DNA of 64,000 nucleotides, taken from a virus. Taxonomy: Duplodnaviria > Caudoviricetes. Below, piece by piece: positions 19,822-30,630 of this stretch. The notes below the pieces were generated by a model. That model did not search any database. It worked only from the letters and a program-made list of their open reading frames with translations, and was not told where the DNA came from. Every line of letters starts with the position of its first letter. Positions within the stretch are counted from its first letter, which is position 1. The stretch lies in IMG/VR virus record IMGVR_UViG_3300025416_000002, positions 1-64,000 of that record, one strand, 5' to 3'. The position numbers were made by a program, and so were the translations under genes.

Positions 19822-20684
19822 TGAGACAGCGCCCTATCCCACAATACGCTGCTGAGCCATTGGGTATCACCACGTACATTAGCGGTACTCAGTCAGATCC
19901 AGACAACCAATATGTGTGGTTGAACATTACAAATTCTGACAATGGTGCAGTAGTATTGGCATCAGGTCAAGCAACGTATGAAGGTACTGGTACATACCAG
20001 TACACAACCAATTCTAGCCAGACTGCAGTTCAAGGCAACTACGCAACTACTTGGAATTACACAATCAATGGCAGTCCAAGGACATACGTAGATAACTTCG
20101 TTGTAACTGACCAAATGCCTTATTGGAGCAATCTTAATACTGATCAGCGCCAATTGGTTACCGGCATTGTGCACCGACTTGACAAGAGTTTTGATTCCAC
20201 TGCTGGTGGACCATACCTGCAAGAACTCAACCAGAGCGGATTCCTCATGTACGAAGAAGTCGCAATGGTTATGCAGGATGAAACCATGGACTACATTAAT
20301 TTTGAGTTCCAGCCAATCTTTAGCCCGGCTTATCAAGTTGGTTTGAACGCAACAGTGCCATTCCCAACTACCTACTACGGTGTATTAGCTACTCAGACGT
20401 ACGCGCACTTTCTGAAGCATATCGCTCGCAACTACATTGAACAACCCACGCCAAATGGTATGAGTGCTGCTTGGATGGACCGCAGAGACTATTACAACAG
20501 ATGGTGGCAGCTATATCTATTCGACAAAGAGATTGCCGACAAGCAACTCCGTCAGATGAAACGTCAATACATGGTTGGTTCCAAGAGATCCCTTTTGGTT
20601 GCTGGTGGTCTTATTCCGCGTATGTTCACCAACCCTGCACGTCCTCACTTCCAGTACGCTGCCGTAAACATGGGTGGAGTCTAG
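19821..20684 (+). CDS. Putative head-to-tail adaptor
   Basis: Position at the start of the neck block; Ig-like N-terminus followed by a helical domain. Confidence 0.55.
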   Translation: MRQRPIPQYAAEPLGITTYISGTQSDPDNQYVWLNITNSDNGAVVLASGQATYEGTGTYQYTTNSSQTAVQGNYATTWNYTINGSPRTYVDNFVVTDQMPYWSNLNTDQRQLVTGIVHRLDKSFDSTAGGPYLQELNQSGFLMYEEVAMVMQDETMDYINFEFQPIFSPAYQVGLNATVPFPTTYYGVLATQTYAHFLKHIARNYIEQPTPNGMSAAWMDRRDYYNRWWQLYLFDKEIADKQLRQMKRQYMVGSKRSLLVAGGLIPRMFTNPARPHFQYAAVNMGGV

Positions 20685-20685
20685 T

Positions 20686-21372
20686 GTGTCAGGAATTAAT
20701 CCACAGCCAGGCCCGGTAATCCCTGGGGCTAACGGACTATCGACTCAACTTGAAAGTCCTTTGCTTGTTGTTAAGCAAAAAGAAATCTGGGCACAGACAG
20801 ATCAGCAAAGATTCCACGATGAAACCCTCCAGTGGTATGGTGAAGAGTGCATTGTGCGTCAGCTTTGGCGTGCAGAAGACCAGGTAAATGGCCTTGTCAG
20901 CTATTGCATAACATGCCAGGACAGCCCTAACCCATCTAGCCCAGACTCTGCTATCCAGAATCGTGTTAGCCAGGTATACCGTCAGACTGGCAACAGCTAC
21001 TGCCCAGACTGCTACGGAACTACATTCAGTGGTGGCTTCAAGACTACATGCTACCACCTTTACATGCTGGCAGCGGATACACCTCAGGTGCGTTCTAACT
21101 TATCTACAGGTCAATTCTGGAAGAACAACCCCCAGGTTCAGTTCAGCTGGTATCCCGAGATCCGCGTAGGTGACCTCGTTATACGTGTCAATCAATGGAA
21201 CAATGGGGTGCCGACTTCTTTGGGTGAACGCTTTACGGTCAGCACAGTACAACCACAATCGATTCGTACTGGCCCTGGAGTTAGCTACAACACCACAATC
21301 TACGTTAATCAGACCACAACTCTTGAGAACGTACCGCCAAGTCACCCCTACTACAACGTGCCGGTAATATGA
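20686..21372 (+). CDS. Putative head closure/neck protein with Cys pairs
   Basis: GGAG SD 6 nt before GTG; CITC and CPDC; synteny. Confidence 0.55.
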   Translation: MSGINPQPGPVIPGANGLSTQLESPLLVVKQKEIWAQTDQQRFHDETLQWYGEECIVRQLWRAEDQVNGLVSYCITCQDSPNPSSPDSAIQNRVSQVYRQTGNSYCPDCYGTTFSGGFKTTCYHLYMLAADTPQVRSNLSTGQFWKNNPQVQFSWYPEIRVGDLVIRVNQWNNGVPTSLGERFTVSTVQPQSIRTGPGVSYNTTIYVNQTTTLENVPPSHPYYNVPVI

Positions 21373-21896
21373 GCGAAGACGAGATGATACCTGTACCAGA
21401 GGTGCTTACTCAGCAGATCTCTAGAAGAGCCGTAGAAATCGCCAGAATTATTGGTCCTCGCAAATCTGGTAAGGGTCTTATTTCTCTTGAACCCATGTGG
21501 GATGAAGGCGTCATTGGTATTAAGACCTCTGACGACACAGAGTACATGCTTGACTTGGATAAGGGTATTGAAGAGCACCCAATGACAGGTCTTGCAAACC
21601 GGACAATTCCTGTACGTAGCCCCGGTGGTTCGCTGTATTTCCGTAACGCTAGTAGCAAAAACATTGGCCAAGTCCCCATTGTGATCAGGTCAGCAAAGAG
21701 TGGCAAGATCTATACGGGTAAGCCAGAGTGGATGTACCCAGCAAGACCAGGTCTTAACTACTTACAACGTTCATTGCAAATGAGCGTAGACGAATGGTGC
21801 CGTACAGCAAAAACAAAGAATGTAGTGGATATGATGCTTCAAACCAAATTAAGAAGCGATGTCAGCATGTTCATCTACGGTAGAGAGATGCCATAA
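21369..21896 (+). CDS. Putative neck/tail completion protein
   Basis: Synteny; ATGA overlap. Confidence 0.5.
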   Translation: MSEDEMIPVPEVLTQQISRRAVEIARIIGPRKSGKGLISLEPMWDEGVIGIKTSDDTEYMLDLDKGIEEHPMTGLANRTIPVRSPGGSLYFRNASSKNIGQVPIVIRSAKSGKIYTGKPEWMYPARPGLNYLQRSLQMSVDEWCRTAKTKNVVDMMLQTKLRSDVSMFIYGREMP

Positions 21897-22573
21897 TGTT
21901 TACAACAGCCGTAAAAACTGCCATAGTTGAAGCACTTAACGCGGGGTTTAGCACGCTCGCTAGCGCACCATCTGACAATAGCTTAGACTTAACTCCGAAT
22001 AGTATAACTATCGAGTATCCGCTAGAGTTAGTAGCTTGGCCAACAATCCTTGTGCATTTTAGACCAAGCAAGGTCCAATGGTCGGGTCTTTTCCCTGATA
22101 CTCACACAGTTTCTAACGGTGGGATCACGATCAGTGGGACTACATACTCTGGCTCGGTAATCTCCAGGAATGGCTATTTCGAAGGTAGCATTGACCTCCA
22201 AATCATGGCAATGCATTCAGAAGAACGTGACCGTCTTTACGATAGCGTAGCCAACCTCATCCTTATGGGACAAGGAAGCGAAGCTAGTGCTGCCTTCTAC
22301 AGCAGCATCTTCAATAACTCCCTGGTCGGAATGACCCTACTTCCTAGCACCTACACTAATTTGGGTGATAGCATTAGCTCAGGGACACCTTGGAGCCCAG
22401 AAGAACTAACTTATGAAGCCAGCATCCGCATCCAGTGCATTGGTGACTTCTACGAGACCAAGTACAACTACGTTACGCCGAGCATTACGACAATCCGTGC
22501 AAGTGGAACGCCGTACTACCCAGCCGTTTCATTGCTTTACCAACCAGGCAGCCCTTGGTATCCGTTGCCTTAA
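21896..22573 (+). CDS. Putative tail terminator
   Basis: Immediately before the sheath gene; DLQIMAMHSEERDRL pattern. Confidence 0.55.
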   Translation: MFTTAVKTAIVEALNAGFSTLASAPSDNSLDLTPNSITIEYPLELVAWPTILVHFRPSKVQWSGLFPDTHTVSNGGITISGTTYSGSVISRNGYFEGSIDLQIMAMHSEERDRLYDSVANLILMGQGSEASAAFYSSIFNNSLVGMTLLPSTYTNLGDSISSGTPWSPEELTYEASIRIQCIGDFYETKYNYVTPSITTIRASGTPYYPAVSLLYQPGSPWYPLP

Positions 22574-22638
22574 GAAATCTATCAAAAGAAGTATTGTAAA
22601 ACTACGCAGATTCTGCACAAGACCGTGAAGGAGATTGT

Positions 22639-24447
22639 ATGCCTATTTCCAATTATATTACGCCGGGTGTATATGTAACCCAGTCGGGTACATCGCTAAC
22701 AACCATTAATAACAACACGATCAACATCGCCATTGTTGCCGACCAGGTAACTCCTGGCTCTACAACCGATGTGTTCTCTAGCGTAGTTGCAGCCTCTGGT
22801 ATCACCATTGGTCAGCTCACTACGCCGATGGTTAACAACAGCTACACAGGCGCTTACACCAGCTATTCTGGCTACACCGTAACTTGGACCAACAGCCTTG
22901 GTGCCACCGTTACCGGTACTTACGGAACCAACTTCACGATCACAAACCCCAGCGGTTCACCATTCAGCTTCCTTACAACTAGCGGTACTTCTGCTGCTAT
23001 TAACCAGGTAACTGCAACTGGTAATGGTACAACTTGGTCATTCACCACACCAACAACCAACGGCATTGTTGCTGGTTCCTTGGTAACTCTTACGAACTTT
23101 ACGGGTACGGTAAGTGGTTTCAACGGTACGTATACCGTTGCCAGCTCGACCTGCACCAACGCCCTTGTACCTTCTGGCAACACGTTCACAATCATTAACT
23201 CGACTTTGGCTGGTATTGGTTCAACTACTGTTACCGGTACTGCTACTCAAAACGTAGTTCCTTCAGGAACCGTCGGCATTACCTACGGTCACAACTGGGG
23301 TGCTTACGGCACTTACTCAAGCTACACACAGCTTTCTAACCAAATTGGTGTTGGTGTAAGCGGTACAAGCATTATCAACCCTGCTTCACTCGCTGCTCAG
23401 CTTGCTTTCCAGAATGGTGCAAGCACAGTTACTGTTGTTCCTGTAGCACGCGTCTCGAGCTCAGGTAACTCTCCTGCTGTCGCATCCGACTGGATCCGCA
23501 CCTTCACTGCTTCCAGCGGTACGCCAAGTGACCCAACCTACTTGATGAACGCTTACGGTGTTGACGTTGTAGTCCCACTGTACGGCTTTGTTAACGTGGG
23601 TGGTGCCAGCAATGGTCAGATCATCACTTACGGTGCAGTTACCGTTGCAAGCGGAGTTAACTCGTACTTGAACAACCAGAACACCTACGGAAACCTGCAA
23701 AGAGCTTTCCTCGGTGTAGACGGAACTGCTAACCAAGTAACAGCTGTTCAGATGCAGACATTCGCTACTGCTCTCAACAGCACGCGCATTACGTTGAACT
23801 ACCCAACGGTTGTTAACTACAACCCTGGTTTCAACCCAACAACTGGTCTTAGCACTGCTAGCTTCAATATCCCTGGTTACTACGTAGCCGCAGCCTTGGC
23901 TGGTCTGTACGCAGGTCAACCTACTGTAGCTACTCCAATCACCAACAAGATCCTGAATGGTTTCAACAGCATTCCTAACCAGATCAGTGATGTTGACGCT
24001 GCTACGAACTACCTGCCATACGGTATTACAACCGTTCGACAGAAGCGTGATGGTAACTTCTGGGTCTACCAGGGCTTGACCACCAACACTACTTCTTGGG
24101 TAACCCAGGAAATTTCGATCAACGCAATTGGTGACCAGCTCGCAAAGAACGTTAAGACCGACCTGGTTAACAGCCAGCTCGTCGGTGGTCCTTTAACCAA
24201 CGTAACTTCAGCTGCTGTGCTCGGTACTGTACAAGCTACGCTAACCAACGCTCTGTCAAAGGGTCTCATCCAGTCATACCAGAACTTGGCGTTGTCGCTG
24301 AACCCTGCAACGCCAACAACTGTTAATGTCACATTCCAATACGCTCCGACGTATCCGATCAACTACATCCAAGCTAGCTTGAGCCTCAACACTCAAACTG
24401 GTGTTGTGGTTACTCAGAATACTCAGAGCAACTTCGTAGTCTACTAG
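22639..24447 (+). CDS. Tail sheath protein
   Basis: 602 aa; N-terminal YITPGVYV; C-terminal sheath core (YYVAAALAG...VTFQYAPTYPINYI); AAGGAG SD. Confidence 0.9.
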   Translation: MPISNYITPGVYVTQSGTSLTTINNNTINIAIVADQVTPGSTTDVFSSVVAASGITIGQLTTPMVNNSYTGAYTSYSGYTVTWTNSLGATVTGTYGTNFTITNPSGSPFSFLTTSGTSAAINQVTATGNGTTWSFTTPTTNGIVAGSLVTLTNFTGTVSGFNGTYTVASSTCTNALVPSGNTFTIINSTLAGIGSTTVTGTATQNVVPSGTVGITYGHNWGAYGTYSSYTQLSNQIGVGVSGTSIINPASLAAQLAFQNGASTVTVVPVARVSSSGNSPAVASDWIRTFTASSGTPSDPTYLMNAYGVDVVVPLYGFVNVGGASNGQIITYGAVTVASGVNSYLNNQNTYGNLQRAFLGVDGTANQVTAVQMQTFATALNSTRITLNYPTVVNYNPGFNPTTGLSTASFNIPGYYVAAALAGLYAGQPTVATPITNKILNGFNSIPNQISDVDAATNYLPYGITTVRQKRDGNFWVYQGLTTNTTSWVTQEISINAIGDQLAKNVKTDLVNSQLVGGPLTNVTSAAVLGTVQATLTNALSKGLIQSYQNLALSLNPATPTTVNVTFQYAPTYPINYIQASLSLNTQTGVVVTQNTQSNFVVY

Positions 24448-24455
24448 GAGATATA

Positions 24456-24929
24456 ATGGCACAGTCCACATTCCGTGTAGGTGGAGGATATACAGCGTTC
24501 GTATACAACGGTCAGCCGTTGATTTACGCTCAGGTAATTAACGAGCGCGCTCCTCAACCTGTCAACACACCACAGCCTATTCAACCGCTAGACTCTCCAT
24601 ACCCGATCGAGATCGCATTGCCCATTGCTCTGAATGCTGGAGCCTTGGAACTTACCTTCCTTGAACAGTGGAATGCAGAAGTCTGGGCACAGTTGGGAAG
24701 CAACTTCGCTACTGCGAGTGACCTCCTCGACGTTTTCAAGGCCCAGCTGGCACAAGGTGCAGTAACCTGCGTGAAGGTTATTAACAAGCCAGACGGTACT
24801 CAACGTAAGATTGTGTACCAGGGATGCGTTGTCACCAACGTTACGATTGACGAAATGATCGCAATCGGATCGATGACTATTCCAAAGATTATCACAATCA
24901 CGTATCTGTCAAGAAAAGAACTGCTGTAA
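24456..24929 (+). CDS. Tail tube protein
   Basis: 157 aa directly after the sheath gene; beta-rich. Confidence 0.8.
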   Translation: MAQSTFRVGGGYTAFVYNGQPLIYAQVINERAPQPVNTPQPIQPLDSPYPIEIALPIALNAGALELTFLEQWNAEVWAQLGSNFATASDLLDVFKAQLAQGAVTCVKVINKPDGTQRKIVYQGCVVTNVTIDEMIAIGSMTIPKIITITYLSRKELL

Positions 24930-24945
24930 GAAAGGTATACTTAAA

Positions 24946-25944
24946 ATGTCTGCACGTTCATTTGTTATTCAACTCCAGCCAGGAATTGGCCAAGGTCTTC
25001 TCCCTGACCACCGCAAGATGCTTCCTGGTGTCCAATACGTAGTCGACGCTGAGACGTTCTCGCGCATCTCTTTGGGTGCTCGTCAGAACGTTATCACCGT
25101 TGTAAGCGTTAACCTCGACACGCCAAGCTCGACATCACTGGCTTCTGCAAGCGGAACCTACGTTCCTGCTCAGGCTTCCTCTGGTATCAATGCTCAGGCA
25201 TTCGGTGCTGGCAACTCGCCTCTTAACCTGCTTACTCAGGTTAGCCCAACCGCATCCTCGTTCAGCCTTGCTGGATTTGCTGCTCAGGGTTGGAGCGCCG
25301 GTGGTGAAACTGGTACCAACACTGGTATCGGTCAGCCACAGAATGCTCTTAGCGGTTCAGCTGTTAACGTATCGTTGACTGGCCCCGAGGGTAACCGTTA
25401 CGTACTTGCATACAACGGTACTTCTTCGACCATTTCCGGTGGTTGGGCTACCGTATGGTACGACTACAACAACCGTTACATCTCAACTGCTTCTGGTGTT
25501 AACCTCCTGGTTAAGACGGACGCATTGGGCACTTCTTACGCTGTTGGCGCGAACACAACAATTAGCGGTGTAACCACTATTGGTACTAAGCAGGGTGAGT
25601 TCGCTGGTGTTACATTGACGAACATCCCCGCCGGTAACTTCGGTTTCGTTCAGATCGAAGGTACTTGCCCATTCGTTGCTGTCGCTGCCGGTACTGCAGT
25701 TGGTGCTGTGGTCGCCGTTAGTGGTTCAAGCAACGCCGGTTACTTGGCTCCTCCTGCCTCCACCTCTGCTTCCGTAACAAGCCTTGGTGTTGTAACTGGT
25801 ACAGCTCTTGCCAATAACACTGTGGGTACGGTTCTTACCGCTCCTGCATCAGGTACTACGACCAACAACCAGTACTTCTCTGTAGTTGAGCTTCGTAGCC
25901 GTCGTTCCAAGAAGCCATACAACCGCTTCCTGAACAAGAACTAG
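24946..25944 (+). CDS. Putative minor tail/structural protein
   Basis: AGAAAGG SD; SG-rich; strong codon bias. Confidence 0.65.
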   Translation: MSARSFVIQLQPGIGQGLLPDHRKMLPGVQYVVDAETFSRISLGARQNVITVVSVNLDTPSSTSLASASGTYVPAQASSGINAQAFGAGNSPLNLLTQVSPTASSFSLAGFAAQGWSAGGETGTNTGIGQPQNALSGSAVNVSLTGPEGNRYVLAYNGTSSTISGGWATVWYDYNNRYISTASGVNLLVKTDALGTSYAVGANTTISGVTTIGTKQGEFAGVTLTNIPAGNFGFVQIEGTCPFVAVAAGTAVGAVVAVSGSSNAGYLAPPASTSASVTSLGVVTGTALANNTVGTVLTAPASGTTTNNQYFSVVELRSRRSKKPYNRFLNKN

Positions 25945-25988
25945 TTAAATTAACTGGTAGGCCGTAAGGCCCTAGACCCAAAGGTAAC

Positions 25989-26513
25989 ATGACAACAGAC
26001 AACAAGAACGGATGGGGGATTGAAGACCTCTCCCAGACCGTAAGTAAGGGGATCGATTCATTCCCGAACGAATGGAAAGACGAGTTCGAAGGCTTGCTGT
26101 TCCTTGGCAAGTTGGAGAATGAAGTCACAAGAATTCCTTACCACAAGTTCGTGGTAAGGACATTAACAATCAATGAGAAGTTGGAAGTCAGTCTGCTGGC
26201 TAAGCCATTCATTGAAACGATCGGTTACGGTCGTGCTTACAAGGCATCTATCGTAGCAGCCGGTCTTGTAAGCGTGGATGGTCGAGACATGGTCCCACTG
26301 AGTAAGGGACTGAATGTCATTCGGCAGAAGTATGAGTACATCGTTAACAACTGGTATGACACAGTGATCGATATTCTTTACGAAGAGATCGATAAGCTGG
26401 AAAACAGAGTTATCTTTGTGCTCCAAGAGTTGGGTATTATTGAGCCTCTCCTTCCTCAAGGAATCTTTGAGCAGACAGAAGAGGAAAAGGATACCCCAAA
26501 AGATGGAAAGTAG
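25989..26513 (+). CDS. Tail assembly chaperone (short form)
   Basis: Upstream of the tape measure gene; ends just after a slippery heptamer. Confidence 0.75.
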   Translation: MTTDNKNGWGIEDLSQTVSKGIDSFPNEWKDEFEGLLFLGKLENEVTRIPYHKFVVRTLTINEKLEVSLLAKPFIETIGYGRAYKASIVAAGLVSVDGRDMVPLSKGLNVIRQKYEYIVNNWYDTVIDILYEEIDKLENRVIFVLQELGIIEPLLPQGIFEQTEEEKDTPKDGK

Positions 26514-26926
26514 ATCCGTACGTCATTGAGCAAAGCGAACTAGCTTATCTCAGAGGCTTACTGACTCAAAAAGACATCAACTCAGTTCAAGAGGCGATGC
26601 TTTCCATCGTAATGCTTCGCAAGCGAGAGGAAGAGTTCGAGCTTGAGAACATTAAGTTCGAGCAGGACTTGTTCATCAACAACACTCCTTTGTATCGTGA
26701 GTACATCAAGAACAAAGAAGAGCAAGTTGAAAGCGGCAATGAAGGCATTACTTGGATGGCTCCTGAAAGCGTCGAAGAAGCTCGAGAGTTGATGAACATC
26801 TTTAGTGATATCGATAAGCAGCTCAAGGAGATGGAAGAAGATCCCACCACACCAGAGCAGCCAGCAATGAGCTTCTTGGATGTACTGGGTAGCATTAACG
26901 TGGATGAGATCGGAGGTGATGACTAA
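26495..26926 (+). CDS. Tail assembly chaperone -1 frameshift extension
   Basis: The -1 frame is open from C CCA AAA (26495-26501) to TAA at 26926. Confidence 0.75.
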   Translation, partial: PKRWKVDPYVIEQSELAYLRGLLTQKDINSVQEAMLSIVMLRKREEEFELENIKFEQDLFINNTPLYREYIKNKEEQVESGNEGITWMAPESVEEARELMNIFSDIDKQLKEMEEDPTTPEQPAMSFLDVLGSINVDEIGGDD

Positions 26927-29259
26927 TGGCAGAGCCGATTCAATTAGAATTTGAATTTCCTGACAATACAGCTAACTTAAATAATAGCTGGAGCGGTCTC
27001 GCTGGTATTAGTAAAGACATCCGCGACTCATGGGCAGCTGTTGATGATTCGATGAAAGGCACGCTCGAACGAGCTGACGGAATCAGAGAAAAGCTAGACG
27101 ACTACAAGGATCTTCTTATCGGCCTAAAGTCATTGGGCGAAGAGATCAAGAAGGTTTTCACCGATAACGACAACATTCTTAAAGGTGATATCCAGTTTAT
27201 CAACCAGATCCTTCAGAATGCCAACAACGTTGGCAGTGTTATGTCGAGCGCAGAAGGCCGTATGCCCGGCTCACCGGCGCAAGGGCTTAATAACCCTTTG
27301 GCCAATCCAATGGCGTACCAAGCATATGCCAACCAAATGCGTCAGATCCAAACAGACCCATTCTATGGTGCTTCTGGACGTGGTCTGAACTCTCAGTTTG
27401 CTACATCGGGCAACAATTCATGGTTTGACAATAGAGGACCTATTGCCAACGTGCAATCACGCGGTGGTGGATTCCGTGGCGGTAATACTACTGGAGGCAA
27501 TAACTTAGGTGGTATCTGGGGCGGTGGCGATGAAGCATGGGAAGACAATGGTCCAGCTAATCCAGGCAATGCTCCAACAACTGGAGCCAGTGGTCGTGCC
27601 ACAACCAACGTGTCACAACCGAAAACAAACAGTCTTGGCGGCGTAATAACTAGATCAACCATTCCTTTTAACTTGGCCGAGGCTTACCCTAATCTTAGCG
27701 ATGCATTCTTTAATGCTAAGGGTGAATACGCTATTAATGCTGGTAATTACCAGAACGTTCCTTATTACGCTATTAACGCCATGGCTCAACAAATGGGCGA
27801 ACTGCCATTCATGAACACCACACCTGGTCAAATTTTTACCAGTGGTGCTCAGAACATGCTGTCTGGTTATGCAAAGTACATTTCTACTGCTGCGCCTTCT
27901 AACTATGGTCAAACAGTTGATGCGAGTGGCAACCCCATAACCAATGGATCTAACCTTTACAACAACCAGCAGCTTCAACTCATGAACGTGCTGAACAAGA
28001 TCAGTGGATTTTTGGGCGGCACAAACGCAAATGGCACTCCAAACCCAGGATCATTTGGTTCAAAGGCTATCAATGCCGCTGGTATTTACCAGGTCATGTC
28101 AGGGTTTACCGGTTTAGTCAACAATACCGGTGCATACTTGAGAGATAAGGTGGGTTATCCATCTCAGGAATACGCAGACGTTCTCGGTTATGCCAACGGT
28201 GGCATGGGTCTGCCCCAATATGCTCAGCTTACAGCTAGTGCAGGTACATTCGCTGTTTCACATGACCTTGCTGCCTATAGTTACAGAGACGCACTCAATG
28301 CTGCTATGGCAGCCACAGAGCTTGGTCTTAAGGGTGGAGATGTAAGCAATTATCGCAATATTGACTACACCCTTCAGACCCAATACGGTATGAACCAACA
28401 AGAGGTTCAGACCATGATGGGCACAAGCCTTGCTTATGGTGTCAACATGAACCAGTTCGCATCTGGTCTAGAGCAAGCTCGACAGCTTGGTTCACGCACC
28501 AACACAAGCACTGCATACGTTAACCAGAACTTCCAGTCTGGCGTTACTACTGCAGCAAGCATTGGCCTTACCGGCAACAATGCTGTTGCTTTTGGTAATT
28601 CTGCTGTCCAATTCGGTGCAGGAAACCAGATCGCCCAGCAAGCAGGTATGACTGGTCAGGAACTCCTTGGTACTAACCTTGGTAATGCCTTGCTTGCTCA
28701 GCAACTTGGTGTACCCTTTATGGACGTTTACGCGGCACTGCAATCTCCTTCTATGACTGCCGCCAAGGCACTTGGTGCTGAAGACAAGGCATGGTTGGGT
28801 CTTCTCCAGAACATCGGTATCCCAGTAAACTCCATCAAGAAACTCTCAGATCTTAACCCATACGCTATAAAATTGGGAATCATCCTTCCGCAGCTTGGTG
28901 TTAGTTCTGTAACAACTCCGCAACAGGCAACGGTCTGGGCATTCCAGACCATCCTCGCTGCAAGAGGAGTGACTGCTGCCAACACCTCAAAGACTGGTTC
29001 TTCCGGAACTTCAGGTGGACAAGGAACACCATCAGCTGCGAATAGCATGATACAAACTGGAGGGTTGGGAACTGACACCAGCAACCTAAACTATGTCAAC
29101 AATGCACTCGGTCTTGCAAACACGTCATCATCTGTTACAACTTCTAACGGAGTAACTGTACAAATTAACCTATCACCTTCTGCAGCGCAAGCTATTAGTG
29201 CTACAGTATCTAATACGGCTTCTACTGCCGCAGGTTATGTTCCTAATGCAGGCAATTAA
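26926..29259 (+). CDS. Tape measure protein
   Basis: 777 aa, A/G/N/Q-rich helical, after the chaperone pair. Confidence 0.75.
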   Translation: MAEPIQLEFEFPDNTANLNNSWSGLAGISKDIRDSWAAVDDSMKGTLERADGIREKLDDYKDLLIGLKSLGEEIKKVFTDNDNILKGDIQFINQILQNANNVGSVMSSAEGRMPGSPAQGLNNPLANPMAYQAYANQMRQIQTDPFYGASGRGLNSQFATSGNNSWFDNRGPIANVQSRGGGFRGGNTTGGNNLGGIWGGGDEAWEDNGPANPGNAPTTGASGRATTNVSQPKTNSLGGVITRSTIPFNLAEAYPNLSDAFFNAKGEYAINAGNYQNVPYYAINAMAQQMGELPFMNTTPGQIFTSGAQNMLSGYAKYISTAAPSNYGQTVDASGNPITNGSNLYNNQQLQLMNVLNKISGFLGGTNANGTPNPGSFGSKAINAAGIYQVMSGFTGLVNNTGAYLRDKVGYPSQEYADVLGYANGGMGLPQYAQLTASAGTFAVSHDLAAYSYRDALNAAMAATELGLKGGDVSNYRNIDYTLQTQYGMNQQEVQTMMGTSLAYGVNMNQFASGLEQARQLGSRTNTSTAYVNQNFQSGVTTAASIGLTGNNAVAFGNSAVQFGAGNQIAQQAGMTGQELLGTNLGNALLAQQLGVPFMDVYAALQSPSMTAAKALGAEDKAWLGLLQNIGIPVNSIKKLSDLNPYAIKLGIILPQLGVSSVTTPQQATVWAFQTILAARGVTAANTSKTGSSGTSGGQGTPSAANSMIQTGGLGTDTSNLNYVNNALGLANTSSSVTTSNGVTVQINLSPSAAQAISATVSNTASTAAGYVPNAGN

Positions 29260-29264
29260 ACAAT

Positions 29265-29807
29265 ATGGCAACACAGTTTGATAACAAGAATTCTTATACA
29301 GTAGCTACATTGACAGACGGCACTACGGGAAAGGTGTATAGCTTCCCGTACAATATCAATACCGCTCAATGGACGTACCAGTTAAATACAAACAGTATTA
29401 GTACAATCGGTGGACGCGTTACTCAGCTTCTATCCACCAGAACAAACACCTTGATGATTCAGGGTGAAGCGGGTAGTAGACAGAAACTTTTGGATCTTTA
29501 TACCGCCTTCAAGACTATGCAAGATAACCAGAATGTATTCAAGACTGCGAGTGCAACCTTGAACGTTCCTAGCCAGGGCTTAATCCTGAACGTATGGCTG
29601 GAGCAAATGCAAATGGGTTGGGGCGTAGAAACAGTAACTTACCAGTACAGTATGGCATTTGAGATCGAGAATGATCTCAGCAGTAGCACGCAGCTTTCAA
29701 CTGCAATAACCAACGACGCACTTAATCGAATTAGCAGTGGCGTTGGGTTTAATTCAGACTACCTTGGCTTCACAACGCAGAGTGTGAACCTTACTCTCGG
29801 AAGATAA
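29265..29807 (+). CDS. Putative tail tube initiator/baseplate protein
   Basis: Follows the tape measure gene; tube-like beta composition. Confidence 0.55.
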   Translation: MATQFDNKNSYTVATLTDGTTGKVYSFPYNINTAQWTYQLNTNSISTIGGRVTQLLSTRTNTLMIQGEAGSRQKLLDLYTAFKTMQDNQNVFKTASATLNVPSQGLILNVWLEQMQMGWGVETVTYQYSMAFEIENDLSSSTQLSTAITNDALNRISSGVGFNSDYLGFTTQSVNLTLGR

Positions 29808-29809
29808 TC

Positions 29810-29977
29810 ATGCAAGATTACAGATACTCTAACTGCAAGATCTCTGGGCCAATTCTTCAGCCAGGAAAGCAAACCGTCTCTTTCAATGGCATGGCTTGGA
29901 GCAGCACAGGGATGATGCACCAGGTTAACAACGTCAACGATGAAACCTGGGAATCATGGCTGGCAACGCAACAATAA
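29810..29977 (+). CDS. Small baseplate-module protein (55 aa)
   Basis: ATG at 29810 to TAA at 29977 fills the gap exactly; read from the sequence. Confidence 0.5.
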   Translation: MQDYRYSNCKISGPILQPGKQTVSFNGMAWSSTGMMHQVNNVNDETWESWLATQQ

Positions 29978-30630
29978 CGCTATACGACGGGAACGAAAGT
30001 ACTACTTTCGAAGTATGGATGCAGACTTTCTCAACGGGGTCTACTACCCAGTTTGACACACAGCAAATCCGTAACGGTATCAACTGGATCCCTATTCGTC
30101 GTCTGGAGATGTCAGTGGTCTTTTCGCTGACATGGCCATTGGTTGGCGTGCTAAATAAGAACGCAAAACCAGATCTTGGATTTGAAAAATTCGATCCAGC
30201 AGATGGTTTTGGTAAAATGCAATATTTCCAGGACACCATCCGGAAACATCAACAGGCATTAGTAAATGGTGGCACGAATGTTCCAATGGTGCTAAACTAT
30301 TACAACAACAGCACTAAAGCATCGCCAATCTTTAACACTCTGGTCAGTGAACAACCTCTACCAGCTTTAAGCTACACAGGATGGATCCAGCAATCTGAGA
30401 AGAATTACATTCGATTCCAGAACGTTTACCAGACGAACTACACGATGTTAATTATTACTCCGAATCTTTCCAATCCCAATGTTGCTTCGTACAACAATTC
30501 AACTACGGTTGTCAACAAATCCAAGACGTTCGCCCCAACAGCAGCTACCCAAAATAGCTATGGATCAAGTTGGATCAACCTGAACGTATTGGCATCTGGA
30601 ACTAACTTAATTCAAGGACTTCCGAACTAA
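29956..30630 (+). CDS. Putative baseplate/tube-like protein
   Basis: Synteny; 224 aa. Confidence 0.55.
   Translation: MAGNATITLYDGNESTTFEVWMQTFSTGSTTQFDTQQIRNGINWIPIRRLEMSVVFSLTWPLVGVLNKNAKPDLGFEKFDPADGFGKMQYFQDTIRKHQQALVNGGTNVPMVLNYYNNSTKASPIFNTLVSEQPLPALSYTGWIQQSEKNYIRFQNVYQTNYTMLIITPNLSNPNVASYNNSTTVVNKSKTFAPTAATQNSYGSSWINLNVLASGTNLIQGLPN

Noticed and set aside
4290-22600. TGTA(A/G)A as a late-promoter motif in intergenic gaps (about 4297, 5323, 17749, 22595)
   Set aside because: Too short, with no consistent second element or spacing by eye; needs MEME on all late intergenic regions
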